Of a DNA stretch of 50,466 nt, positions 26,202 to 35,277 are shown in pieces; position 1 is the first letter of the stretch; every line of letters starts with the position of its first letter. The translations under genes were made by a program, and so were the position numbers. The notes under the pieces are model-generated. The model ran no database searches. It worked only from the letters and a program-made list of their open reading frames with translations, and was not told the origin of the DNA. This DNA comes from a virus (lineage: Duplodnaviria > Caudoviricetes): positions 1 through 50,466 of IMG/VR virus record IMGVR_UViG_3300034781_000002, one strand, 5' to 3'.

Positions 26202-26663
26202 CTACGACAGCAGGCGCGCGGCGCCCTTGTCCTGACCGGATTCGTTGGTGTGCATCTTGATCGTGGAGCGCGCCGACGGGGTCAACCCGAACTCCTGCGC
26301 GAACGCGCGGATCATCTGCGCGGCGTCGCGTTGGATCTGGTGCGCCGGGTTCTTGACGAACCCGCCGTGCAGGCCCTCCATGATGAAGCCCTGGGTGGCC
26401 AGCAGCCGCGACGCCGCCCGGTGCAGCACCACCGCCTCGCAGTAGGCGTACAACGCGTCTCGGTCGGCCAAGGTCACGATCTTCATGTGCTCCAGTTGCT
26501 CCAGGGTGTAGTTCCACACCTCGTGGACCTCCGGGGCCGCATCGATCGGGCACTGCGGCAGCCCTTCGCGGGCCTGCGGCTCGTCGAGGTTGATGCGGTC
26601 CTTGCGGTCACCGCGCACCAGGCGCAGCCCGGTCGGCGCAGGTGCCGGCCCTCGCTTGCCCAT
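26202..26663 (-). CDS. terS: Terminase small subunit, P27 family
   Basis: MGKRGPAPAPT...G, LYAYCEA, KNPA, EFGLTPSAR motifs; GGAGG RBS. Confidence 0.93.
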   Translation of the reverse strand: MGKRGPAPAPTGLRLVRGDRKDRINLDEPQAREGLPQCPIDAAPEVHEVWNYTLEQLEHMKIVTLADRDALYAYCEAVVLHRAASRLLATQGFIMEGLHGGFVKNPAHQIQRDAAQMIRAFAQEFGLTPSARSTIKMHTNESGQDKGAARLLS

Positions 26664-26752
26664 TGTCGACCTCCAAAGTTGTCATACGTGTGTGGTAGGG
26701 CACCGTGCGCGCGCCGTACCGCGACGTAGCGCGGCGTCGTACGCTGGTTGGC

Positions 26753-27928
26753 ATGAGTGACGACTGGATCGGCCTGCGCGTGGCCCGCTACCGCGACCTC
26801 GCCGGCCTGACACAGCAGCAGCTCGCCGACCGGGTCGGTAAGTCGCGGCCGTACATCTCGCAGATCGAGAACGGCGACCGGCCGGTGACGACCCGCAAGT
26901 TGCTGATCGCCCTGGCCGAAGCTCTCGGCGTGTCGACCGTCGACCTGACGGGCACCCCCAGGCACACCCGCGACCGGGCGGAACGCCCCGTGCACGTGGC
27001 CGTACCCGCCGTGCGCGCGGCACTGGCCGGAGCGTTGGACCCGCTGACGGTGCACCGCGAGTCCGGACAGTTGCTCGAAGACGTGACAGGACTGATGAGC
27101 GCCCGGATGGCGTGTGACTACCCCCGGATCGGGCGCCTGCTGGCCCCGACGCTGGCCGGCGCGACCGCCCTGGCGCAGGATCAGGCGACGCCGGAAGCTG
27201 ACGCGATCCTGTCGCGGGTGCTGTTCACCGCCTCGATGGTGCTGCGACCGCTGGGGTACGTGGACCTGGCGACGATGATGGCCCAACAGGCTGCCGGTCA
27301 CGCCGAGCTGCCCGACGCGCGGGCCGCCGCGGAGTTCGCCCGCTCGCAGTGCCTGTTGGCCGTCGGCGGTCAAGGCATGCAGGAGCTGAGCCTGCGCGTG
27401 GCGCTCGGCCCGGCCGACGAACCGGGCCCGGCCACCGCGTGGAAGGGTCTGCTGTACCTGCAAGCCGGCCTGGCCGCCGCCAGCCTCGGCAACGACAGCG
27501 AGGCCATGGAGTGCATCAACGAGGCCGCCGACATCGCCCGCCTCACATCGGTGGTCGACTCGTGGCAGATGGACTTCTCTGCCGCCAACGTGGAGGTGTG
27601 GCGGGTCGCCGCCGTCCTGGAGAGCGCCGACCCCGGCCGGGCGGTGGACATCTCCCGGCGTGTGCCGATCAACGACCTCAAGACCGTCCAGCGCCGCGCG
27701 CACCTGTTGATGCACGCCGCGCACGGGCACTACGCCCGCGGGCAGTACGACTCGGCCACGAGCCTGTTCGTGATGGCGGACCGGTTGGCGCCGGCTGAGG
27801 TACGCGGACGCACCCGGGTACGGGAGGTCGTCGGGCAGATGCTGCGCGACGCCCGACGCAGGGCCGGCAGTGAACAACTGCGTGACCTGGCGTTGAAGGT
27901 CGGTGTTGATCCACTTGAGACAACGTAG
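26753..27928 (+). CDS. XRE-family HTH regulator with long helical (TPR-like) C-terminus; candidate repressor, probably leaderless
   Basis: GLTQQQLADRVGKSRPYISQIENG HTH; TACGCT -10-like box at 26740-26745, 7 nt before ATG. Confidence 0.88.
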   Translation: MSDDWIGLRVARYRDLAGLTQQQLADRVGKSRPYISQIENGDRPVTTRKLLIALAEALGVSTVDLTGTPRHTRDRAERPVHVAVPAVRAALAGALDPLTVHRESGQLLEDVTGLMSARMACDYPRIGRLLAPTLAGATALAQDQATPEADAILSRVLFTASMVLRPLGYVDLATMMAQQAAGHAELPDARAAAEFARSQCLLAVGGQGMQELSLRVALGPADEPGPATAWKGLLYLQAGLAAASLGNDSEAMECINEAADIARLTSVVDSWQMDFSAANVEVWRVAAVLESADPGRAVDISRRVPINDLKTVQRRAHLLMHAAHGHYARGQYDSATSLFVMADRLAPAEVRGRTRVREVVGQMLRDARRRAGSEQLRDLALKVGVDPLETT

Positions 27929-28047
27929 CTGACAGCTACCCCACCATCGCGGTGCGGCTCGTAGCGTTGCGGTATGGACGCGGCGGCTGGTGCCCCCACT
28001 CATCACCGGCCGTCGTGTCCGCCACCCCCGACGAACGGAGACCGGAC

Positions 28048-28257
28048 ATGCGCTGGAAGTGGTGGGCACCGAAGTACGAGGCACCACTGGATCAGACGGG
28101 CGCGGCCACGTCGTACCCGGAACAGGCCGGGGCGTACCCGCAGTGGAACGCGGCCACCATGCGGTTCCCGGCGTACAACGCGCCGCTGATGACGCCCCTT
28201 CAGCAGTTGCGCGCCAGTGACGTCCCCGGCCGGCGACGCGGCGGCGGGATCTTCTAG
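28048..28257 (+). CDS. Small hypothetical protein downstream of the XRE regulator
   Basis: ATG with GGAG RBS; 69 aa MRWKWWAPK...PLMTPLQQLRA. Confidence 0.55.
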   Translation: MRWKWWAPKYEAPLDQTGAATSYPEQAGAYPQWNAATMRFPAYNAPLMTPLQQLRASDVPGRRRGGGIF

Positions 28258-28577
28258 TAGGTCAGCGTCCTGGCGTGCCCCGCGATGACCATGCAGGTGC
28301 CGAAGTTCCCGCCCTGGTACAGGATGTCGCCCAGCGGGCGGCCGTACTTATCCAATTTGCGCGACTGAAACACCACCTCGGCGCCGGGGGGCAATAGCCC
28401 CTCGGCGTACGAGCGCGCCGCCTGCCCGGCGGCGGTGGACAGCTCAGGGGCGTTGATGCCCAGGATGCGGCAGTTTGCGGTCATGGTGATCCGCCATCCG
28501 AGGTCCAGGTTCAGTTCGACCGTGTCACCATCCACAATGCGAACGACGGTCGCCGGAACGGTCCACACCCGACTCAC
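28254..28577 (-). CDS. Thermonuclease (SNase-like) family protein
   Basis: VVRIVDGDTV, RILGINAPE, DKYGR motifs. Confidence 0.9.
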   Translation of the reverse strand: MSRVWTVPATVVRIVDGDTVELNLDLGWRITMTANCRILGINAPELSTAAGQAARSYAEGLLPPGAEVVFQSRKLDKYGRPLGDILYQGGNFGTCMVIAGHARTLTY

Positions 28578-28813
28578 GCCGTCACCCCCCGTTCGTAGCG
28601 CGTCGCGGTGTGTTGCGATACGGTGAGTTCTCCCCGGTTCCGTTGCTGGGGAACGTGGCCGGCTTCGGTTGGGCGCAAGTACGTCACCGTTTGGCCCGCC
28701 CAGGACGTGCGCGGGCGCCAGGCCGACCGGACACGGGCATCACCCTCCGCCTCGGCTGCGCGCCTGCCCCAACGCAGCCGGGGCGGGGGCATCGTTACGG
28801 AAGGGACACCGAC

Positions 28814-29080
28814 ATGACCGTGTTCACCGGAGCTGAACTGCTGCACCGCGAACACCTGCTTACCAACGACGAGGGCGTCCACGTCTACGTGACGGCCCGC
28901 GCGAACCCCCGCTCGGACGCCATGGCCGACGAAGCCCTCAAGCTCAGGCGGATGCTGTTCCCCTGCCATGGCTGCCAGACCCCGTGCTGGGTGGACCCGC
29001 TGGCCACCATGTACTCCGTCGGAGCCCGCATCCGCTGCATCGAGTGCATGCTGGCGCGCACCCACGGAGACGGGCGATGA
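28814..29080 (+). CDS. Zn-finger miniprotein (CxxC...CxxC)
   Basis: CHGCQTPCWV...IRCIEC; GAAGGGA RBS. Confidence 0.65.
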   Translation: MTVFTGAELLHREHLLTNDEGVHVYVTARANPRSDAMADEALKLRRMLFPCHGCQTPCWVDPLATMYSVGARIRCIECMLARTHGDGR

Positions 29081-29358
29081 ACGACGCACCCGACCCGCAG
29101 CGGCTGCAGCGGCGAGTCGACGCGTCGCGGGCCCACGGACCGGACGACACGTCTCAGTGGCTGGACAGCCACGAGGTGGTCCGGTTGATCGGCAAGCACC
29201 GGCTCAACGACGTCAAGGTGGACGTCGCCGGGGTGCTCGTGCCGGTCGACAACGTGGGCTACGACCCCGACGCGGACTGCATCGTCATCGAGTTGTACGA
29301 GGGGTTGGACTGGCGCGTCGCCCTGCACACGGACCCGGTGATCGGAGGGCCACAATGA
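29077..29358 (+). CDS. Hypothetical protein
   Basis: ATGA overlap, GGAG RBS. Confidence 0.6.
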   Translation: MNDAPDPQRLQRRVDASRAHGPDDTSQWLDSHEVVRLIGKHRLNDVKVDVAGVLVPVDNVGYDPDADCIVIELYEGLDWRVALHTDPVIGGPQ

Positions 29359-29624
29359 TCAGCGTCATCGTGTGCTGCCCGGTCGACACGACCGGCCTTC
29401 CGGATCCGGAGAACCTGCCGGCACCGACGATCGCGCACACCATCAAAACGTGCCTGGCGTGCAAGCGGGAGGTATGGGTCGGGCAGGCGCAGGCGCGGCT
29501 CGCCCGCACCGGCGGCGGCGAAATCCGCTGCTACTGGTGCGTCTTCGACATGATGCGCGGCGACCGGTACCGGCTGGCCCACGTCATCGGACTCGCGGAG
29601 TCCGACGCACCGCCACGGAGGTGA
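29355..29624 (+). CDS. Zn-finger miniprotein (CxxC...CxxC)
   Basis: CLACKREVWV...IRCYWC; ATGA overlap, GGAGG RBS. Confidence 0.65.
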   Translation: MISVIVCCPVDTTGLPDPENLPAPTIAHTIKTCLACKREVWVGQAQARLARTGGGEIRCYWCVFDMMRGDRYRLAHVIGLAESDAPPRR

Positions 29625-29627
29625 GCC

Positions 29628-29882
29628 GTGACGTGGAACAGCGGCGCCTGCAACGGGGGGCCCTCCCCGCAGGAGGAGAACCGAACCGCCGAGGACGAGC
29701 TGTGGTGGCCAACCCCCCGACACCTGGACGAGTTGGCCGCCGAAGCTGACGCCGACCGCGACCCGGAGCAACCGACGACGACGATGAGGCCGACCCGACG
29801 GCGGCGACCGTCGTACTGGATTCCGCCGCGCGTAGCCGGCGTGGCCGAAGTCGTCGAACTACCGCAGGAGGACCACCCGTGA
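29628..29882 (+). CDS. Hypothetical protein
   Basis: GGAGG RBS; tight operon packing. Confidence 0.5.
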   Translation: MTWNSGACNGGPSPQEENRTAEDELWWPTPRHLDELAAEADADRDPEQPTTTMRPTRRRRPSYWIPPRVAGVAEVVELPQEDHP

Positions 29883-30094
29883 GCGACGTGATCCACGTGA
29901 CCATGTTGAAGGTGTTGATGCCGGCCCTGACCGAGTGGCTGACGGTCAACCACTTCGAGCTGGTGGCGATGGGCAAGAACACGTACATCGTCGTGCCGGA
30001 CGAATTCCGCTACGGGGAGCACCTACGCCAGGCGACGCCCGGCGCCGAGGTGGCGGGCGGGGACGGCGAGTCGCGCATCGGGGGGTGTTCATGA
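29879..30094 (+). CDS. Hypothetical protein
   Basis: GTGA overlap, GGAGG RBS. Confidence 0.55.
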   Translation: MSDVIHVTMLKVLMPALTEWLTVNHFELVAMGKNTYIVVPDEFRYGEHLRQATPGAEVAGGDGESRIGGCS

Positions 30095-30288
30095 GGTTCC
30101 GCCGGCAACGCAACTACATGGGAGTGATCATCGGCGAGGAGTCCGGTAGCGTCATCCCGCTGCCGTGGTGCGACTTCTTCACCGAGGAGGAGGCGCAAGC
30201 GTGGGTGCAGGACATGAACCGGCGCCCGCCCGCGTTCACGCACTTCGAGTACCGGCCGATCGAGAAGGACGAGGCGCAGGCACAATGA
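30091..30288 (+). CDS. Hypothetical protein
   Basis: ATGA overlaps at both ends. Confidence 0.6.
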   Translation: MRFRRQRNYMGVIIGEESGSVIPLPWCDFFTEEEAQAWVQDMNRRPPAFTHFEYRPIEKDEAQAQ

Positions 30289-30575
30289 CCGGAGACCCGT
30301 TCGGGCTGAAATTCGTCCGCCCGGACCCGCACCGCATCATCATCCTGGACCGCGTCGTCGAAGGCACGGTGCCCGAATACTGCGTACACGGACGCACCAT
30401 GTGCATGCGCTGCCGTAACTGGTGCTGGCTCGGCGACGAGACAAAGAAGCTCGTGTCGGCCGGCGACGCGTCCCCGCTGTGCATGCAGTGCGCCGCCGAG
30501 GTGGTACCCCCGCAGCACGTGGCCCCGATCGCGCGTGTAGCGGACCACCGCCGCATCGACGGGCCACACGGATGA
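30285..30575 (+). CDS. Zn-finger miniprotein (CxxC...CxxC)
   Basis: CMRCRNWCWL...PLCMQC; ATGA overlap. Confidence 0.65.
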   Translation: MTGDPFGLKFVRPDPHRIIILDRVVEGTVPEYCVHGRTMCMRCRNWCWLGDETKKLVSAGDASPLCMQCAAEVVPPQHVAPIARVADHRRIDGPHG

Positions 30576-30666
30576 CCGGCCCTGCCGTCGGGTACTGCTA
30601 CGACCCGGTGCCTTGCGGATTCGACCACCCCGTTGTCACGTCCGACGCGCGATCGGTGTGTGGGCC

Positions 30667-30981
30667 ATGAAGTTCGAACCCGCGCAGCTCGTCATGGGCG
30701 CCCTGGAGGCGCTGAGCGACTCCGCCACGCGGGCGCGCGACGAGATCCACGACACGGGCGGCCTCGATGAGCAGACCTTCGCCGCCGTCCTGATGAGCTT
30801 CGAGCGGATGTTCTACGCCGCGCAACGCCTGGTGGTGCTGAGCAGGCCGCCACTGGACCTCGAAGCGCCGCTGAACCCCGAAGCGGCGGCCGGCTCCGAC
30901 CCGAAGCCCGAGCCGAAGCCGAAGCCGAACCGCCAACGACAAGACGGCGGGGGTTTCCGCTACCAACTGGACGGCGGCTGA
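30667..30981 (+). CDS. Hypothetical protein
   Basis: MKFEPAQLVMG...; chained by ATGA overlaps through a 32-aa ORF at 30572-30670. Confidence 0.55.
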   Translation: MKFEPAQLVMGALEALSDSATRARDEIHDTGGLDEQTFAAVLMSFERMFYAAQRLVVLSRPPLDLEAPLNPEAAAGSDPKPEPKPKPNRQRQDGGGFRYQLDGG

Positions 30982-31009
30982 GCCGGTCAGCCCCCCATGG
31001 AGGAGAGCC

Positions 31010-31186
31010 GTGAGCGAGACCAAGTACAGCCGCACGTTCGCATTGCGCCTGGACGACAAGGAGCGCGACGACTTGACCCGCGCCGTCATGCGCGAGATCG
31101 AAGCCGTCCAGTCGCCGCCGCACCTTGGCGCCGAGGTCGACGTCGCCAAGATCCGCCGGCTGCGCTCACTGCTGGACCGGCTGTGA
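31010..31186 (+). CDS. Small hypothetical protein (58 aa)
   Basis: GTG with GGAGGA RBS; SRTFALRLDDKERDDLTRAV. Confidence 0.55.
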   Translation: MSETKYSRTFALRLDDKERDDLTRAVMREIEAVQSPPHLGAEVDVAKIRRLRSLLDRL

Positions 31187-31190
31187 GCCG

Positions 31191-31502
31191 TCAGCCCGCC
31201 CGGAAAGCCGACCAGCCGCCCGTGTCGGACTCCGACAGCGGCAACGGTGGGCTCGGGTAGGGGTCGTACGGGTCGGGGTCCAGGAACTCGACGTCAGCGG
31301 CCCCGAGATACCCGGCGCCAGCCTGGATGACCTCGATGCCGTGGCGTGGGTAGATGACCGTGTGCGGAACGGTGCCGGCCCACTGCACGGCCACCGTGCC
31401 GTCGGTGAACATCACGCCCTCGGCGAACGCGGAGGGCCGACTGCGGCCAGTGAGGTTGTCTTTCGGCCACAGCACGAATCGTCGGGGGTTAAGTCCGGCC
31501 AT
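31191..31502 (-). CDS. Conserved hypothetical actinophage protein
   Basis: PRRFVL...AEGVMFTDGTVAVQW motif; AAGGAAGG RBS. Confidence 0.7.
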   Translation of the reverse strand: MAGLNPRRFVLWPKDNLTGRSRPSAFAEGVMFTDGTVAVQWAGTVPHTVIYPRHGIEVIQAGAGYLGAADVEFLDPDPYDPYPSPPLPLSESDTGGWSAFRAG

Positions 31503-31533
31503 GTCGGGTGGCCTTCCTTCTGCTCATCGGGGG

Positions 31534-31779
31534 CTACGGGTCGACGCGGTGGAACTGGATCGGGCCGGTGTCGCCGCTGTTGAGTTGCGTACTGCCCTTC
31601 CAGGCGATGTCCGGTACGAGCGCGGGGGCGTCGTCGTCCACCGAGCCGCGCGCCTCCAGCTCGTCCGCCACCTCACGCAGCCAGATCACGGCCATTTCGC
31701 GGTCGCAGGTGATCGTGTGCCGCAACGGAACGCCCTTCTCCGGGCGGTGCGTGAAGTCGATCTCGAAGACGTCGCCCAC
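31534..31779 (-). CDS. Hypothetical protein
   Basis: GTG at 31779 with GGAAGGA RBS. Confidence 0.55.
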   Translation of the reverse strand: MGDVFEIDFTHRPEKGVPLRHTITCDREMAVIWLREVADELEARGSVDDDAPALVPDIAWKGSTQLNSGDTGPIQFHRVDP

Positions 31780-32012
31780 GGCGGTCCTTCCATTGTTCGG
31801 GCCCGGCCGGGAATCGTCCCTTGCCGTTCTAGGGATAGTGAAATCCCGGCCGGGGGCTTCAACACACACAGAGGCAGCGCAGGCAATCGACGCACGCCCG
31901 GTCGCAGTCGGGCATCGCCTGCGGGCAAGGCCACGGCTTGTCGCACACACCGCAGATCATGTGTCGATCTTTGCCACGCTCGGGACAGGAAAGGCAGTCC
32001 TCGGGAAAGTGC

Positions 32013-32279
32013 TCAGTAGGCATGATGAACGTCCATCACGACGAATCCCAAGCCGGCGACATACCCGACCAGTCGGTCCGGGTCGCCGACCTGGCCGCTT
32101 TTCAACGTCTCGCCGTCGGAGCGTAGTTCCCATCGGCCGTTGTGAAAGTCGCGTTCCACGATGACGGGCAATCCGTACACCGGGGGGAGTGTTCTAGCGT
32201 CAAAGAAAACGGCGCCTGCCGGTGCAGCGTCGCACATCCAGGCATTGATGGCACTTCCCACGTGCAATGTGTCGCTCAT
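32013..32279 (-). CDS. Hypothetical protein
   Basis: ATG with GGAG RBS; lower GC. Confidence 0.5.
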   Translation of the reverse strand: MSDTLHVGSAINAWMCDAAPAGAVFFDARTLPPVYGLPVIVERDFHNGRWELRSDGETLKSGQVGDPDRLVGYVAGLGFVVMDVHHAY

Positions 32280-32946
32280 TTGTGTCTCCGAATGCGCAAT
32301 CGTCGGGCAATTGCAGGCAGAATACAGTGGAATTCACTGTGGATTCACTGTGGAATGGTGCGCAATTCACGGATATCTATGACCGAGTTCGGAAAACCTG
32401 TCCCGGCACGCGTCGCGACGCCCCGGCGCTCCGGCCCCCCGCATCGACGGCGGTGATTGGACACCCCCCGTCCCTCGTGTCCGGATTGGGACTCGTGAGG
32501 CCGGTGGGAATACATCCCCCGAACGGATGAGGTTCGAATTCATCCTATCGACCTGACCGAAAGGAGGATGCTAAGACCTCAGGCAGGCCGTAGTATTAAA
32601 CAGGTAAGGGAAAACGGGAAAAACTGAGAAAGAGGGGTGGTGGAGGGATCGACGACTGACGATGACGCATGCCCTGAATCAGGGCGATGTGGCTGTGGTG
32701 GCCATAGACGACAACTCCATAAATGCCGAATGCGTACGCGCAATGCGGAAGTCTCATGCCTGCCGAGTGTGACGGCATGGCTCAACGTGTCTTACCTGAG
32801 AGGCACGCGAGGATGGGCGATCGACACTACCCATACCGATACCGGGGGAAAGAGCCGAGCCTGGTCGGATTAGTCATGCCAAAGACATAGGCGAGCATAC
32901 ACATCGAATCGTTGGATGCACGGGACCGGAAAGGAAAGGAGCGGAT
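32280..32946. promoter_or_regulatory. Long, lower-GC divergent non-coding region (candidate cos / genome end and promoters)
   Basis: No credible ORF; flanking genes diverge; local repeats at 32324-32354; TAGTAT/TATTAA near 32591. Confidence 0.55.
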
Positions 32947-33264
32947 ATGTTGGTCTGCAAATTGCGTATTGGCTTCCGTATTGATGGCGTCGCCATCACC
33001 GGAATTGAGCGCGTCCGTGACCTGTCAGTGATCACACTACGGGACGGTACAAAGCGCACCGAACACAAAGCCACCGACATTCCCGACGTGAGCGCATCGC
33101 TCGCGGTAATTCCTTCCGGTCCCGTGCGTTCGAAGTACATCAACGGACCTAGAAACGTGCGCGCGTCGTCAACAGGCTGGCGTGGAGAGTCTGACGGAAA
33201 GCGCGGCGAACGGTTCCGCGCACGCACAAACGCATACGACCTGTACAGAGTGGACGGCCGTTAG
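32947..33264 (+). CDS. Hypothetical basic protein, first gene of the rightward operon
   Basis: AAAGGAG RBS. Confidence 0.55.
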   Translation: MLVCKLRIGFRIDGVAITGIERVRDLSVITLRDGTKRTEHKATDIPDVSASLAVIPSGPVRSKYINGPRNVRASSTGWRGESDGKRGERFRARTNAYDLYRVDGR

Positions 33265-33275
33265 GAGATACCGCA

Positions 33276-33638
33276 ATGCACCTGCCAACCGAGGACACTT
33301 CGGTGAAGCTGATCATCGGCAACACGACTCAGGACCTCAGCAGCGTACGTCAGTTGGTTTTCGGCGAGCTGGCGGAAATCGCACAACCGATCGTCAAGGA
33401 GTACCACAGCGATCTCTATTGGGACGCCATCTGGCTGCACGCAAACCTGTCCGGCACGGGCACGTTCCGGTTCTTCTGGAGCTGCGACAAGTCCGGGACC
33501 GCCATTACACAGGATCCCGGTTCGACGTTCCGTGAGCACACATTCTCGATCTCCGTCGAACTGTCGAACAGCGGCGTAACCATGCTCGTCAGGCCGCTGG
33601 CAGTCAACGCACGGGGAGAGCTGGTGATCCCGGCATGA
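33276..33638 (+). CDS. Hypothetical protein
   Basis: AGGAG RBS; ATGA overlap downstream. Confidence 0.65.
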   Translation: MHLPTEDTSVKLIIGNTTQDLSSVRQLVFGELAEIAQPIVKEYHSDLYWDAIWLHANLSGTGTFRFFWSCDKSGTAITQDPGSTFREHTFSISVELSNSGVTMLVRPLAVNARGELVIPA

Positions 33639-33853
33639 AGACATATCCATACCTGTACGCGTACGAGACAGGCAGAGATGACGGGTTCCGGTACGCGGTC
33701 GGCATCATCCGCAATGCAGGTGCCCGCGCCGATGGCGCGTACGGGCTGTTTCAGACGGCGGACGACGCAACGCTATTCGGCGAGGCGATCGCGAGGCGTG
33801 ACGGCGGGGAGTTCCTGGCGCTCCCCTCAGTGGAGAAAGGACTAAGCGCATGA
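33635..33853 (+). CDS. Hypothetical protein
   Basis: ATGA overlaps at both ends. Confidence 0.6.
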   Translation: MKTYPYLYAYETGRDDGFRYAVGIIRNAGARADGAYGLFQTADDATLFGEAIARRDGGEFLALPSVEKGLSA

Positions 33854-34359
33854 CAACGAAAGTCAGCCGTGAGGGTATTGTCACCCGCGACGGCGAGAAC
33901 ATCGGCCACGTCGAGAAAGTGATGCGACAGGGCATGTTCGCCACGATCATCGGCGCGTCGTACAGCGGCGGCGGCACGCCGTACTGGATCCCGTACGCGG
34001 CGGACGGAACACAGCTCAACGAGTACGGCTACGACACCCGCAAGCGCGCCGTGCAACGCATCGAAGCGCACGCCACGCCGCTCACGGTGACCGACGTCCG
34101 GCACGAGTACCCGTGGGGGTATGACGCGCCGTGCGTGACGGCCGCTGTGCGGTTCCAGGGCCACTACTTCGGTGTGTCCCGGCACGCTCACGAGGATGTG
34201 TGGGTGGTCGACTTCTACATGTCGCCGGACTCGATCTGCCCGGTGTGGTCGAACGGCACCGGCACGCGGGTCACCACGGCGCACGTGCTCAAGGACGACA
34301 TGGCCGAGGCTGTCACGAAGGCGGCCGAGGACGCTGAGCTGTGGCCCATCAAGCACTGA
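33850..34359 (+). CDS. Hypothetical protein
   Basis: AAAGGA RBS, ATGA overlap, high GC3. Confidence 0.7.
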   Translation: MTTKVSREGIVTRDGENIGHVEKVMRQGMFATIIGASYSGGGTPYWIPYAADGTQLNEYGYDTRKRAVQRIEAHATPLTVTDVRHEYPWGYDAPCVTAAVRFQGHYFGVSRHAHEDVWVVDFYMSPDSICPVWSNGTGTRVTTAHVLKDDMAEAVTKAAEDAELWPIKH

Positions 34360-34370
34360 CCGGCCGGTGT

Positions 34371-34408
34371 GATGGGCGGGCGCAACAGCCCTTGCGCCCC
34401 AGCCCATC
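34371..34408 (+). terminator. GC-rich intergenic hairpin (no U-tract)
   Basis: GATGGGC-GGGCGCAA ... TTGCGCCC-CA-GCCCATC. Confidence 0.4.
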
Positions 34409-34439
34409 GGCTTACCGATCAGAAAGGAGTGATGCCGCG

Positions 34440-34793
34440 ATGAAGTACACGGCGATCATCAACGTGCCCGGCTATCTGCCGACGGACGACGAGCCGCCGG
34501 TGTTCGACACGCCGGCCGAGGCGTGGCAGTACCTGGCCGACGAGCGGGAGCGTGGCGAGGGCCGGTGGCTGCCGGACGACCCGGACGACCCGGACGGCCC
34601 GGCCTCGGAGGACCCCACGTACGCGTGCCTGTGGCATCACGCCAACACCGAGGACCCGTACGTGTGCGGCAACCGTGTCACGCACTGGCCCCACTTCGAG
34701 GGCACCCTGTACGGCACCACGCCCGGCTACGAGGGCGAGCATGACCTGGGCGTGGCCTACACGGTTCAGGCGACCGACACCGACGAGGAGTGA
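34440..34793 (+). CDS. Hypothetical acidic protein
   Basis: AAAGGAG RBS; NVPGYLP...FDTPAEAWQYL. Confidence 0.7.
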   Translation: MKYTAIINVPGYLPTDDEPPVFDTPAEAWQYLADERERGEGRWLPDDPDDPDGPASEDPTYACLWHHANTEDPYVCGNRVTHWPHFEGTLYGTTPGYEGEHDLGVAYTVQATDTDEE

Positions 34794-35086
34794 AAGCAAT
34801 GGCAGTTGAGCAGACGGACGGCGGGATGGTGGTCACCGGTGAGCACATCGCGGTGTTCCAGCTCCTGCGAGTGGGCCACGCGTTGGCCCTGGAGATCAAC
34901 ACCGGCATGAAGGTGGCCGGGGGCCGATCCGTGATGCAGCTCGCCGCGGGCTACTGCGGCAGCACCAAGCGCACGAAGAAGGGTGTGCTGCGCGACTACA
35001 TCGCCTTCCTGGCGGAGAACCTGCCGCACACGGCCGACGGGGCGTATCAGCCGTCGCCGTCGATCCAGCGAGCACTCGGGAAGTGA
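34790..35086 (+). CDS. Hypothetical protein
   Basis: GTGA overlap; ALALEINTGMK...KRTKKG. Confidence 0.65.
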   Translation: MKAMAVEQTDGGMVVTGEHIAVFQLLRVGHALALEINTGMKVAGGRSVMQLAAGYCGSTKRTKKGVLRDYIAFLAENLPHTADGAYQPSPSIQRALGK

Positions 35087-35277
35087 AGACGGCCGACGGG
35101 GTTGAGATCGTCAACGGCATGCGGGTCTGGGACTACAACCTGAACGCCGGGACGGTGGACCTGTCGCGGTTGGACGACATGGGCTGGTTCGACGTCGTCA
35201 CCGACCACAATGGCCGGTCGTACATGAACGCCGAGCGGGTGTGCGTCCGCCACCCGTTCACGAACAAGGAGGCATGA
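35083..35277 (+). CDS. Hypothetical protein
   Basis: GTGA overlap; TADGVEIVNGMRVWDYN. Confidence 0.6.
   Translation: MKTADGVEIVNGMRVWDYNLNAGTVDLSRLDDMGWFDVVTDHNGRSYMNAERVCVRHPFTNKEA

Noticed and set aside
32480-32946. Possible tRNA or known ncRNA in the long non-coding region
   Set aside because: No cloverleaf with a proper T-arm and acceptor stem could be built by eye (GGTTCGAAT at ~32531 lacks matching arms); tRNAscan-SE/Infernal would be decisive
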